Shown here one piece after another: positions 19,733 to 29,210 of a DNA stretch of 64,000 nt. Within the stretch, counting starts at the first letter, position 1, and each line of letters begins with the position of its first letter. Source of the stretch: Alphaproteobacteria bacterium (GTDB lineage Bacteria > Pseudomonadota > Alphaproteobacteria > CALKHQ01); assembly GCA_965227515.1 (NCBI GenBank), contig CBDDFZ010000001.1, positions 3,188,797 to 3,252,796 on the forward strand, written 5' to 3'. A program made the position numbers and the translations under genes. A model generated the notes under the pieces. It was not told the DNA's origin. It did not search any database and saw only the letters and a list, made by a program, of their open reading frames with translations.

Positions 19733-20908
19733 CTATCGCGACAGATATGAGCGCATCTTCGTCATCGCCGCCTCGATGTTCTCGACCGAGTTGGCGTAGG
19801 AGAAGCGGATATAGCCCTCGCCATTGGCGCCGAAGCTGGTGCCGGAGATGGCGGCGATGCCGAGTTCCTCCAGCAGTGTGTGCTGCAGTTCGCGCGATGT
19901 CTTGCCGGTGCCGGTGATATTGGCGAAGGCATAGAAGGCGCCGCCGGGCTCGATGCAGGTCACGCCCTCGATCTGGTTGAGCGCGCGGGTGATGACCTTG
20001 CGGCGCTGGTCGAAGGCGCGGACCATCTCGCCCACCGCATCCTGCGGGCCCTCCAGGGCGGCGATGCCGGCGTATTGGGTGGCGGCGTTGACGCAGGAAT
20101 GGCAGTTGATCGACAGCCTGGTCGCGTGCGGGGCCAACTCCTTCGGCCAGATCGCATAGCCCAGCCGCCAGCCGGTCATGGCATAGGTTTTCGACCAGCC
20201 GTCCAGCATGATCACCCGGTCGCGGATCGCCGGGTAGCTCAGCATGCTGGTGTGCTCGCGCCCGTCATAGGTCATCTGCGAGTAGATCTCGTCGCTCAGG
20301 ATATGGACATGCGGGTGGGCCTCCAGCCCCGCCGCCAGCTTGTCCAGTTCCTCCTTCGGCACCGCGCCGCCGGTGGGGTTGGCCGGGGTGTTCAGGATGA
20401 TCAGGCGGGTCTGCGGCGTGATCAGGTTCAGCACTTCCTCGGCGCTGAATGAGAAGCCGTTCGATTCATAGAGCGGGATCGGCACCGGGGTGGCGCCGGT
20501 GAACTTGATGACGGACTCATAGATCGGGAAGCCGGGGTTCGGATACATGATCTCCACCCCCGGCGTGCCGAACATCAGGGTGGCGAAGAACATGGTGACC
20601 TTGCCGCCCGGCACCACCACCACCGTATCGGGGTCGATATCAAGGTCGTGGCGCTTGTTCAGGTCGTTGGCGACCGCCTCGCGCAGCGGCAGGATGCCAT
20701 TGGCGGGCGTATAGCCGTGATGGCCGTCCTTCAGCGCCTTGCAGGCGGCATCGACAATGTGCTCGGGCGTACGGAAATCGGGCTGGCCGATGCCGAGATT
20801 GATGATTTCGCGGCCTTCCAGTTCCAGCGCCTTGGCGCGCGCCAGCACCTCGAATGCCGTCTCCGTACCCAGCCGGCCCATGCCGGGCGCCAGCAAGTCC
20901 ATGTCCAT
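19733..20908 (-). CDS. class I/II pyridoxal-phosphate-dependent aminotransferase (AspC/AlaA-like)
   Basis: INLGIGQPDF, PLRE, and a Lys in the LDGWSKTYAMTGWRLGY context. The start is taken at MDMDLL (SD AGGAAA). The ORF extends to 20965. Confidence 0.75.
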   Translation of the reverse strand: MDMDLLAPGMGRLGTETAFEVLARAKALELEGREIINLGIGQPDFRTPEHIVDAACKALKDGHHGYTPANGILPLREAVANDLNKRHDLDIDPDTVVVVPGGKVTMFFATLMFGTPGVEIMYPNPGFPIYESVIKFTGATPVPIPLYESNGFSFSAEEVLNLITPQTRLIILNTPANPTGGAVPKEELDKLAAGLEAHPHVHILSDEIYSQMTYDGREHTSMLSYPAIRDRVIMLDGWSKTYAMTGWRLGYAIWPKELAPHATRLSINCHSCVNAATQYAGIAALEGPQDAVGEMVRAFDQRRKVITRALNQIEGVTCIEPGGAFYAFANITGTGKTSRELQHTLLEELGIAAISGTSFGANGEGYIRFSYANSVENIEAAMTKMRSYLSR

Positions 20909-21053
20909 CGTTTCCTGCCCCATTGGATTTGTTGCGCGCGAGAGAATGCGCAAATCCACCGCCAACGCAAGCCGCAGCTATTGGGGAGCTGTTGGGGCCG
21001 GCTGGTCCGCCGGTTGCACGGCAGCGCCACATAGCTGTCATCCGGTGGGGGCC

Positions 21054-21734
21054 ATGGACCTGCGCTTCTTCGAAATCTACCGCAACGAGGAATACCTGCT
21101 GCTGCTGTTGGAGGGCGCGATGACCAGCGCGGGCCTGACCATAGGCGGCGGCGTGCTGGGCTTCGTGCTGGCGGTGCTGCTCGCCTTCGCCCGGCATCGC
21201 GCCGTGCCGGTGCTGGCCCAGGTCGCGGCCGCCTATGTCGAGTTCATCCGCAACACGCCGCTGATCGTGCAGATGTTCTTCGTCGCGTTCGGGCTGCCGA
21301 TGCTGTTCGGCTATCAATTGCCGTTCTGGGGCCACGCGCTGCTGGCGCTGACCCTGAACTTCTCCGCCTACTTCGCCGAGATCCTGCGCGCCGGCTTCGC
21401 GACCGTCGACGAGGGCCAGGGCGAGGCCGCGGCCGCGCTGGGTCTGAGGCCGCTGACGATCTTCCGCAAGATCGTGATGCCACAAGCGATCGGGCGGATG
21501 TTCCCGTCGCTTTCCAGCCAGTTCATCTTCCTGTTCCTGACCACGGGCATCATCGCCGAGATCGGCGTGCGCGACCTCGCCAACGCCGGCATGTACATCG
21601 ACAGCCGGACGTTCCGCACGTTCGAGGTGTTCCTGACCCTGACCGCGATCTACATCGTGCTGTCGCTCGGCTTCAAGGCGGCGATGGCGCGCATCTATGT
21701 CCGCGTCTTCCCGTGGCGGGCGGTAAGCCGATGA
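21054..21734 (+). CDS. amino-acid ABC transporter permease (polar amino acid, HisM/GlnP-like)
   Basis: EAA-like loop FAEILRAGFATVDEGQGEAAAALGL. Confidence 0.75.
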   Translation: MDLRFFEIYRNEEYLLLLLEGAMTSAGLTIGGGVLGFVLAVLLAFARHRAVPVLAQVAAAYVEFIRNTPLIVQMFFVAFGLPMLFGYQLPFWGHALLALTLNFSAYFAEILRAGFATVDEGQGEAAAALGLRPLTIFRKIVMPQAIGRMFPSLSSQFIFLFLTTGIIAEIGVRDLANAGMYIDSRTFRTFEVFLTLTAIYIVLSLGFKAAMARIYVRVFPWRAVSR

Positions 21735-21744
21735 CGGCCCGGCG

Positions 21745-22452
21745 ATGACGGAGTGGCTCAACGGTCTGCTCGGCGCGCCGCAGGGCACGGTGCTGGCGCA
21801 GCTTCTGGAGGCGACCCAGTTCACCATCTACCTGTCGCTGATCGCCTTCGCCGGCGGCGGCCTTGTCGGTGCGCTGATCACGCTGGTCCGCATCTCGCGC
21901 CGCCGCTGGGCCAAGCGGGTCGCCATCGCCTACATCTGGTTCTTCCAGTCGACGCCGCTGTTGATGCTGCTGTTCCTGGCCGGCCTTGGCATCCCGCGGG
22001 TGCTCGGCTTCGACCTGTCGCCCTGGGTCGCCGCCTCGGTGTCGCTGACGATCTATGCAAGTGCCTATCTTTCGGACGTCTGGCGGGGTGCCGTGGAATC
22101 CATCCCGGATGGCCAGTGGGAAGCGTCGCGCAGCCTGGGAGTGCGGTTCCTGCCCATGCTGCGGCTGGTGATCCTGCCCCAGGCCATCCGCGTTGGCCTG
22201 GCGCCAACCGTGGGTTTCATGGTCCAGATCATCAAGGGCACATCGCTTGCATACATCATCGGGTTCGCCGATCTCATGCTGATCGGCAAGCGCTGGGCGA
22301 ACTCACCGGTGGAGGGCACCGAGCCATTCATCATCTTCCCGCTGATGGCATTCATCTATTTCGCGTTGTGCTTTCCGTTGTCGGTGGCGTCGCGTCGCCT
22401 GGAGAAGCGCCTCGGCGGGATCGGCCGAACGACAACCCCGACCGCCGCATGA
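21745..22452 (+). CDS. amino-acid ABC transporter permease
   Basis: Second permease with an ASAYLSDVWRGAVESIPDGQWEASRSLGV EAA loop. Confidence 0.75.
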   Translation: MTEWLNGLLGAPQGTVLAQLLEATQFTIYLSLIAFAGGGLVGALITLVRISRRRWAKRVAIAYIWFFQSTPLLMLLFLAGLGIPRVLGFDLSPWVAASVSLTIYASAYLSDVWRGAVESIPDGQWEASRSLGVRFLPMLRLVILPQAIRVGLAPTVGFMVQIIKGTSLAYIIGFADLMLIGKRWANSPVEGTEPFIIFPLMAFIYFALCFPLSVASRRLEKRLGGIGRTTTPTAA

Positions 22453-22486
22453 GCCATTCGTCCAGCCAACCAACAATGGAGGCCAC

Positions 22487-23275
22487 ATGACACATCAGAA
22501 GACCTTTGGCGCTTGCGTGGCGCTGGCCATGGCGACCCTGGTGCCGGGCACGGCGTCGGCGGACCTTGCCGATATTCTTGAGGAAGGCACCATCAGCATC
22601 GGTGTGCCGGAGAGCTTCCCGCCGTTCGGCTCGTTGGGCGCGGAGGGCGAGTATGTCGGCTACGACATCGACATGGCGACCCTGGTGGCCGAGGCGATGG
22701 GCGTCGAACTCGAGCTGGTGCCGATCACGTCCGACCAGCGCATTCCGTATCTGGAGACCGAGCGCGTGGACCTCGTGATCTCGTCGATGGGCGCCAATCC
22801 GGAGCGCGCCAAGTCGATCTGGTTCTCCAGCGCCTATGCCCCGTTCTACTCAGGCGCGTTCGCCGCACCCGAGCTGGACATTTCCGCGGTCGCCGACCTT
22901 GGCGGCTACACCATCGGGCTGACCGGCGGCACGCTTGAGGACCTGGCGCTGACCGAGGAAGCGCCGGAGGACGCGGAGATCATTCGCTTCGGCGACAACG
23001 CCGCGACCCTGGCGGCCTACACCTCCGGCCAGGTCGATGTGCTGGTCACCGGCAACACGGTTGCGGCGGAGCTGGCGGCCACTAACCCGGACCTCGGCGT
23101 CGAGACCAAGTTCATCCTGCGCAACTCGCCGTGCTTCATCGGCGTCAAGCAGGGCAACATCGACCTGTTGCAGTGGGTCAACGTGCTGATCCTCACCAAC
23201 AAGCTCTCCGGCACCATGGACGAGATGGCCGTCCAGTGGTTCGGCGAGCCGCTGCCCGACCTGCCGACGTTCTAG
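22487..23275 (+). CDS. amino-acid ABC transporter substrate-binding protein (family 3)
   Basis: Signal peptide plus SBP_bac_3-like LEEGTISIGVPESFPPFG...GYDIDMA. Confidence 0.75.
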   Translation: MTHQKTFGACVALAMATLVPGTASADLADILEEGTISIGVPESFPPFGSLGAEGEYVGYDIDMATLVAEAMGVELELVPITSDQRIPYLETERVDLVISSMGANPERAKSIWFSSAYAPFYSGAFAAPELDISAVADLGGYTIGLTGGTLEDLALTEEAPEDAEIIRFGDNAATLAAYTSGQVDVLVTGNTVAAELAATNPDLGVETKFILRNSPCFIGVKQGNIDLLQWVNVLILTNKLSGTMDEMAVQWFGEPLPDLPTF

Positions 23276-23282
23276 CGCATGA

Positions 23283-23403
23283 TCATTTAAGTCGGCACCG
23301 GCCCTCTCCCCCACCCGGCCGCCCCGGTACCATACTGACGTGGTCGGCCGGGAGCGGGAGAGGGCTGGCGCAGACTTCCGCGCAAGCTGATCCTGATCTA
23401 GTC
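23283..23403. repeat. family A hairpin intergenic repeat, copy 2
   Basis: TCGGCACCGGCCCTCTCCCCCACCCGGCCGCC...GGCCGGGAGCGGGAGAGGGCTGGCGCAGACTTCCGCGCAAGCTGATCCTGATCTAG. Confidence 0.8.
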
Positions 23404-23475
23404 GGCAGCCTGTTACACTCTCCCTGGCCGGCGTCTGCGTATGCGACAAATGCCGGCCGGGGGCTTGCGCATCAC

Positions 23476-23504
23476 TTGACCTGGAGCATCGCGAAGCGTA
23501 GGTA
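23476..23504 (+). promoter_or_regulatory. candidate sigma70-like promoter for tRNA-His
   Basis: TTGACC-N17-TAGGTA about 48 nt upstream of the tRNA 5' end. The -10 hexamer is weak. Confidence 0.2.
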
Positions 23505-23552
23505 ACCGCGCTGGATCGCCCGCCGCATTGCGGTGGAGCGCCCGATCTTTGT

Positions 23553-23630
23553 GGTGGCTGTAGCTCAGCTGGTGAGAGCGCTGGTTTGTGGTACCAGAGG
23601 CCGTGGGTTCAAATCCCATCAGCCACCCCA
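23553..23630 (+). tRNA. tRNA-His (anticodon GTG) with encoded G-1 and CCA
   Basis: Cloverleaf: acceptor GTGGCTG/CAGCCAC, D arm GCTC/GAGC, anticodon stem CTGGT/ACCAG with loop TTGTGGT. T arm GTGGG-TTCAAAT-CCCAT. Discriminator C, 3' CCA, extra 5' G. Confidence 0.9.
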
Positions 23631-23685
23631 AACTCCACCCGTCATTTCCCCAACTTGAGAAACACAGCTTGCGGGCCGGAGCCGG

Positions 23686-24072
23686 TCAGCGCACCTGCCA
23701 TTCACCGGCGGCGTCGCGGCAGGCGACGTGTTCCTGTCCTGTGGCGCTGCCTGCGGTGTGCTGATAACGCCGGCAATAGGCGCCATCGGCCGCCTGAAAG
23801 GTCGTGCGGACGATGATGGCGCCACGCGCGCCATTGGGCTCGGTCCACTCCAGCGTCTCGCCATCGGGCAGATTTTCCAAGGCGACCGGCAACGCGATCT
23901 CGCCAGCCGGTGTCGGAGCCGCTGTCTGGGAGCCTCCGAAAGAGGCAGAACGCGGGTTCGCACACGCCGCCGTGGCAAGGACAACGACAAGAGCCGTCAG
24001 CGCCAGCGCCCCACGCGCGCGCTTGCAATCCTGCGATGCGTTGCCAGGGATCACCTCACCGCCCCCTTCCAT
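23686..24072 (-). CDS. 17-kDa surface-antigen-like lipoprotein
   Basis: Lipobox-like LATAAC. The C-terminal LEWTEPNGARGAIIVRTTFQAADGAYCRRYQHTAGSATGQEHVACRDAAGEWQV resembles the rickettsial 17-kDa antigen C-terminal domain. The start is uncertain. Confidence 0.5.
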   Translation of the reverse strand: MEGGGEVIPGNASQDCKRARGALALTALVVVLATAACANPRSASFGGSQTAAPTPAGEIALPVALENLPDGETLEWTEPNGARGAIIVRTTFQAADGAYCRRYQHTAGSATGQEHVACRDAAGEWQVR

Positions 24073-25195
24073 CGCCCTCAGCCGGCCCCGGCGCCTCCAC
24101 GGCGGGCGGACCAACATCGCCATAGTTGATAATGAGGGTTTCGCTACTCGACGAATCGCTGCTCGACACGTTCGAGCCGACCCTGGACACGCTTTGCTGT
24201 GGCGCCCCGCTGCTCGGCGCAAGGTTCAGAAGATTGCCGGCCCCGCCGGTCGCATCCTCGATTGTATCGGTGATGCCGCCGGTCGTGTCTTCGATTGTAT
24301 CGGTCACCCCGCCGGTCGTGTCCTCAATCGTATCGGTGAGACCGCCGGTCGTGTCCTGAAGCGTCTCCGTGGCTCCGCCGGTTGCACCGTCGAGGGTTTC
24401 GTCCAGCGTATCGGTCACGTCCTCCAGGGCGCCCGCCGCCCCTTCGGTCACGGTGTTGAGCAACTCGTTGAGGGGCTGGATGCCGGATTGCGGCAGGATC
24501 TCGTTGGCGGCTTCGTCCAGCGGATCGGATATCGCGCTCGCTTCGTCCGGGCTGAGCGGCCGTAACTCGATGGTGTCCGGGCAAGGGTCGTCGACCGATA
24601 CCGTGAAACCGGCCGGCACATCGACCGCGGCGCAGCCTTCGATGCTGCGCACGTTGACAACACCCTCCGTCACGCTCACCGATGAGGCGTCATTGGTAAT
24701 CGCGAACTGGGTCCCCTTCACACCGGCGATCAGGAACTCGGCGAACACCTCGAACGAGGGCCCACGCCGTGGCGACACCAGGTAATAGACATTGCCGCCC
24801 TGCTGATTGATGCGCGTGTCGGCCCCGCCCGCAGCCGGTGCCGGCAAGGCAAGTGTCGTGTTCTCGCGTATGCGGATGATGTCGCCGCCGCGGGCCAGCA
24901 CGACCTCGCTGCCGGAACTCACGGTGATGGCCTGGTATGGGCCGATCAGGTCGCCCGGGGCCATGGGGCCTGGCTCGTTCCAGGGGTTGGAGCCTGCGGC
25001 AAGGTCGGCACTGCCGCGCACGTCGATCACGGTCCAGTACTCGCTCAGCGAAACGCCAGCGTCCTGGGCTGCGGCCTGTACGGCGGCGAGTACGCCAATC
25101 AGGGCAGCCGCGACAGCGGCCACGTGACGCTCCATCGAGCGCCACCGCATCGCCCCCAAGGCGCCATCTCGCATGCCGCGTTGCCGCCGTTCCAT
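24056..25195 (-). CDS. FecR-domain secreted protein with C-terminal TDTIEDTTGG decapeptide repeats
   Basis: Signal peptide MERHVAAVAAALIGVLAAVQAAAQDA and a FecR-like core (GSEVVLARGGDIIRI...GNVYYLVSP...GTQFAI...VSVTEGVVNV). The start is ambiguous (M at 25195, 25150 or 25135). Confidence 0.65.
   Translation of the reverse strand: MERRQRGMRDGALGAMRWRSMERHVAAVAAALIGVLAAVQAAAQDAGVSLSEYWTVIDVRGSADLAAGSNPWNEPGPMAPGDLIGPYQAITVSSGSEVVLARGGDIIRIRENTTLALPAPAAGGADTRINQQGGNVYYLVSPRRGPSFEVFAEFLIAGVKGTQFAITNDASSVSVTEGVVNVRSIEGCAAVDVPAGFTVSVDDPCPDTIELRPLSPDEASAISDPLDEAANEILPQSGIQPLNELLNTVTEGAAGALEDVTDTLDETLDGATGGATETLQDTTGGLTDTIEDTTGGVTDTIEDTTGGITDTIEDATGGAGNLLNLAPSSGAPQQSVSRVGSNVSSSDSSSSETLIINYGDVGPPAVEAPGPAEGDGRGR
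24240..24400. repeat. five 30-bp tandem repeats inside the FecR-like CDS
   Basis: Units CGCCGGTCGTGTC(T/C)TCGATTGTATCGGTCACCCC encode T-D-T-I-E-D-T-T-G-G on the minus strand. Confidence 0.75.
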
Positions 25196-25461
25196 GCTTG
25201 CTCTTACAATATTTCGACCCGGTCGCGTAAGGCAACTCGCCTTTGAATGATGGATATCATAACGACACTGGCCGGTTGTTGTCCTAGATTGGGTTGGGAA
25301 CGCAACGGCTCGATGGTTGCTGGGTGATTCAATTCAGGCGTGCAATCACGCTGGCAGCGTGACCTGGCCAACGCCCCCCATGATGTCGAACTGGTCCGCC
25401 GGGTCGCGGCCAGCGTCATCGCGCAGGAGACAGAGCTTCCAGGCTCTCCAACGTCGATAGC

Positions 25462-28077
25462 ATGTCCGGTCCGCAGCGCGACACGTTTCGGTTCCTGCCG
25501 CGTCCCGTTTGGGGCGGCATCGGCATTGCGCTGGTGCTGGGCCTGACGTTGCTGGCCCACAGCGCGGGCCTGACGCGCGCGGTCGACAATGTCGTGCGCG
25601 ATGCGGGCTTTGCCGCGTTCCCGCAGCCGACATCGGGGCAACTGGCGATGGTCGTCATCGACCAGGGCAGCATCACCGCACTCGGCACGTGGCCCTGGCC
25701 GCGCGGTTATCATGCCGCGGTACTGTCGCGTTTGCAGGACGCCGGCGCCCGGCGGATCGGGTTCGACATTACCTTCTCGTCCCCTTCCCAGCCCGACGAG
25801 GACGACAGTTTCGCGCAGGCTCTGGAACGCGCCGGTGATGCGGTCGGGCTGCCGATGTTCGCCTCCGCGCCGCTCGATTTCGGCTCCGGGGGCATTGTCG
25901 TCAGCGCGCCGCTGGCCGGCTTCTCCGAGCACGCGGAGACCGTGGCGATCAACCTGCGGCAGGGGGCCGACGGATTCGTCAGGCAACTGCCCTATGCACT
26001 GGCGTATGACGGCGAGACATATCCGTTCATATCGACCTGGCTTGCCGGGCTGCCGGTTCCGGACGACGCCGGACGGACCTATCTCCTGGACCTTGCGCTC
26101 AATCCCGACGACATCCAGCGCCTGTCCTACTACGACGTCATGACCGGCGCATTCGACCCGGCCGCCATTGCCGGTCGCGACATCCTGATCGGCGCGACGG
26201 CCCTGGATGTGTCCGACGACAAGAATGTGCCGCTTTATGGCAGCCTGCCCGGCCTGGCCGTGATCGCGCTGGGTTACGAGGCCCTGGTGCAGGGACGCGC
26301 CCTGCAAGAAGCGTCGCCGGTCGTGACCTATCTGTCGGTCGTGGTGATGGCCTTCGGTGCGATCATGGCATTCTCGTCGATGCGGGCGCTGAATTGCGCA
26401 CTGTCGATGCTGGGTATCGCGATCGTCCTACTGGCGGCCTATCTCTTCTTCTATCTGGGCAGCGCCGTGGCGATCGAGGTGGCGCCGCCCGCGTTGGCGG
26501 CGTTGCTGGCGTTCGTACTGGTGATCGCGCTGCGCTATGCCGAGCAGCACTGGCGCTTGGCCGCGCAGAGCCGCGCGATCATCGACCGGCAGAACCTGTT
26601 CCAGACCATCTTCGACAATGTCGCCATGGGGCTGCTGACCGCGGACAAGAGCGGCCGGGTGATCAGTGTCAATCCTGCGATGCTGCGGATATTTCGCTGC
26701 GAGGAAGCTGATGTTCTGGGCCAGAACATCAGCACGTTCATTCAAAGCCCGGATCTGGCGTTGGATGGCGGCCAGGATACGGCCGCCGGCACCTGGCAGA
26801 CCGTCGCGGCGCGGCGCAAGGGCGGAGGCAACTTCAAGGCGGAAATCCTGGTGGTCGGCGCGCATACCCACGACCGCGAGATCAATGTGGTGTGGCTGCG
26901 CACGCAAGCGCCGCACGATGAATCGGAAGCTGCCGTTCAACAGTCGCACAAGCTGCAGTCCCTGGGCCTGCTGGCCTGGGAGGTGGCACGCAAGACGAAC
27001 GAGTACTTCGCGTCGCTGCAGGCCTATGCCGCGCGCGGACGCGAGGTGGCCGCCGCGGCCGACCCCGCCTCCCCGGTCCTCGCCGAGATCGCCAGGGTGG
27101 CTGACCGCGGCGCCGATCTTACCGAGCACCTGCTGAAGCTTTCCGACGTTGACGAGGTTGCCGGCCAGGCGACCGACGTCAGCGTTGTCGTCAACCAATT
27201 GGCTCCATTGCTGCGGCATGCTTTCGGCGACCGGTTTCAAGTGACGCTGACGCTGGCGGACGACACCAACGTCGTGGCCGTCAGCCCGGCGCAGCTCGAG
27301 ACGATCATCATCGCGATTTGCGTCAGTGCGCGCGACGCGATGCCGGATGGCGGGTTGATCGCCATCGAGACCGCGCGTTTCGACTACGTGGCCGAGCAGG
27401 ACTTCGTCCACGAGGGTCCTTTCTCCGTGATCTCGGTCACCAGTGCTGCCACCGGCCTGGACGGCATTCGACCCGCCCCGTCGGCGCCCAGTACGGTTGC
27501 GGCGCACTTGTCGGCCAGCGGCGCAAGCCTGGGCAGCATCTATCGGTTGGTGAACGAGATCGGGGGCCGGATCCAGATCGAGAGCGAACTCGGCGGAGAG
27601 ACCACGGTGCGTGTGTACCTGCCCGAGCGGCCTGCCGGCGACGCCCCGCCGCCCCTGGCCGATTTCGACATTTCCCGGCTGCCCAGCGGCTCGGAGAAAA
27701 TCCTGATGGTGGAAGACGATGCGGTGTCGCGCCGCCACAGCACCACCGTGCTGCGCTCGCTCGGCTACAACGTGGTGGAGGGCGGCAACGTCGACATGGC
27801 GCTCGGGCTGATCGACCAGGGGGTGGAGTTCGACTTGCTGGTTGCCTCGACGACATTGTCGGAGAGCAGGGATGGCCAGACACTGGCCGCCTCCGCCCAG
27901 CGGCGCTGGCCGTCGGCCAGGATCCTCTACACGGCACCCAGAGCCAAGGCCGGCATGGTCGCGAAGACGCTGTTCGACCGCAACGCGGCCGTCGTCGCCA
28001 AGCCCTATACGCCATCCGACATGGCAACGGCCGTCCGCGCCCTGCTCGATGGCCGGCCAGGGGCCAGCCGGATATAG
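25462..28077 (+). CDS. CHASE2-domain hybrid sensor histidine kinase/response regulator (CHASE2-TM-PAS-HK-REC)
   Basis: A periplasmic CHASE2-like N-domain is flanked by TM segments. PAS-like FQTIFDNVAMGLLTADKSGRVISVNPAM, an HATPase_c G-box region and a C-terminal receiver (KILMVEDD...DLLVASTTL...K) are present. The DHp/H-box is non-canonical. Confidence 0.7.
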   Translation: MSGPQRDTFRFLPRPVWGGIGIALVLGLTLLAHSAGLTRAVDNVVRDAGFAAFPQPTSGQLAMVVIDQGSITALGTWPWPRGYHAAVLSRLQDAGARRIGFDITFSSPSQPDEDDSFAQALERAGDAVGLPMFASAPLDFGSGGIVVSAPLAGFSEHAETVAINLRQGADGFVRQLPYALAYDGETYPFISTWLAGLPVPDDAGRTYLLDLALNPDDIQRLSYYDVMTGAFDPAAIAGRDILIGATALDVSDDKNVPLYGSLPGLAVIALGYEALVQGRALQEASPVVTYLSVVVMAFGAIMAFSSMRALNCALSMLGIAIVLLAAYLFFYLGSAVAIEVAPPALAALLAFVLVIALRYAEQHWRLAAQSRAIIDRQNLFQTIFDNVAMGLLTADKSGRVISVNPAMLRIFRCEEADVLGQNISTFIQSPDLALDGGQDTAAGTWQTVAARRKGGGNFKAEILVVGAHTHDREINVVWLRTQAPHDESEAAVQQSHKLQSLGLLAWEVARKTNEYFASLQAYAARGREVAAAADPASPVLAEIARVADRGADLTEHLLKLSDVDEVAGQATDVSVVVNQLAPLLRHAFGDRFQVTLTLADDTNVVAVSPAQLETIIIAICVSARDAMPDGGLIAIETARFDYVAEQDFVHEGPFSVISVTSAATGLDGIRPAPSAPSTVAAHLSASGASLGSIYRLVNEIGGRIQIESELGGETTVRVYLPERPAGDAPPPLADFDISRLPSGSEKILMVEDDAVSRRHSTTVLRSLGYNVVEGGNVDMALGLIDQGVEFDLLVASTTLSESRDGQTLAASAQRRWPSARILYTAPRAKAGMVAKTLFDRNAAVVAKPYTPSDMATAVRALLDGRPGASRI

Positions 28078-28423
28078 CCCCACAGCTTGCCTGCCGTGTG
28101 CCGCTGCGCTGTTCGGCGCATGCCCTATCGTTCAATTATTGCGAACACTTGAGTTCACAAGAAGTTGTGGATGGCTAATCGTGGCCGACTAGTGGAGAAT
28201 TTGTGAATTGTGACGGTCGTCACTCGCAAACTTCCCTAACGATTTCTAAATAAGCAAACCGGTTTACCTTAATGGTTAATTCATCGGCATGGTTAATGAT
28301 GAACCAATTGGGGGCAGCGGAAGAAAGGTTTCGCCAACACGCCGAGACGGGCACTGAATACTGAGTTTGATCGTTGTCCGGAACGGGCACGGCGCGAACC
28401 GTACAGCCATTGCGAGGTGTTCC

Positions 28424-29209
28424 ATGGCTTTGACATTCGACGACCGCCCACGCGCAGCACCTGAGTTCGCTGCGTTCGACCGACTGACCGACCCGCTGCA
28501 GACGCCTTGGCGTCCGACTATTGGCTTGCGCCAGATCGCCGAGGCGATGACGCGCAACCAGCACCTGCTGGTGCTGCGCTTCGCCACGTTCAACATGGCC
28601 GGTATCGCCCTGTTCGCGCTCGCCTGGAGCATGGGCTGGATCGGCACCGTTGTTGCCGGCGACGACACCATGATCACCGTCGGCATCGCGCTGGTGTTCG
28701 CGGTCGGCCTGATGTTCGCGGGCCGACTGGCCTGGCGGATCAGTGCCGAGAACAACGCTGCGATCGGCCACCGGCGCGAGCGCTCGGAATGGATCGACAG
28801 CTATCTGCGCGAGGTCTCGGCAAAGGACGCGGGCAGCCGCGCGATCGCGGGTTCGGCCCTGCGGCTGCGGCTGGCGAACCGCATCGGCTCGGTCAAGCAA
28901 ATCGCCAACAGCCTGGTGCTGCTGGGCCTGATCGGCACCGTCATCGGCTTCATCATCGCGTTGTCCGGCGTCTCGGCGGAGACCGCCGCCGACCCGCAGT
29001 CCATCGCGCCGATGGTGGGCGACTTGATCCGCGGCATGTCGGTGGCGCTCTACACAACGCTGGCCGGCGCCGTGTTCAACCTCTGGCTCATGGTCAACTT
29101 CCACATCCTGGCCGGCGGCAGCGCCCGGCTGGCGAGCCAGTTGATCGAGGCCGCCGAGCGCGAGGCCGGCAGCCGCGTGGCGCCCTACCGGGCGGCCGGA
29201 GCGCGCTGA
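28424..29209 (+). CDS. MotA/TolQ/ExbB proton-channel family protein
   Basis: Signature LVLLGLIGTVIGFIIAL...MVGDLIRGMSVALYTTLAGAVFNLWLMVNFHIL with 3 TM helices. GAGGTG SD. Confidence 0.8.
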   Translation: MALTFDDRPRAAPEFAAFDRLTDPLQTPWRPTIGLRQIAEAMTRNQHLLVLRFATFNMAGIALFALAWSMGWIGTVVAGDDTMITVGIALVFAVGLMFAGRLAWRISAENNAAIGHRRERSEWIDSYLREVSAKDAGSRAIAGSALRLRLANRIGSVKQIANSLVLLGLIGTVIGFIIALSGVSAETAADPQSIAPMVGDLIRGMSVALYTTLAGAVFNLWLMVNFHILAGGSARLASQLIEAAEREAGSRVAPYRAAGAR

Positions 29210-29210
29210 C

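Noticed and set aside
24240-24400. CRISPR array (regular 30-bp repeats)
   Set aside because: Units are contiguous with no spacers, lie inside a coding frame translating to TDTIEDTTGG, and there are no cas genes. It is a coding tandem repeat.
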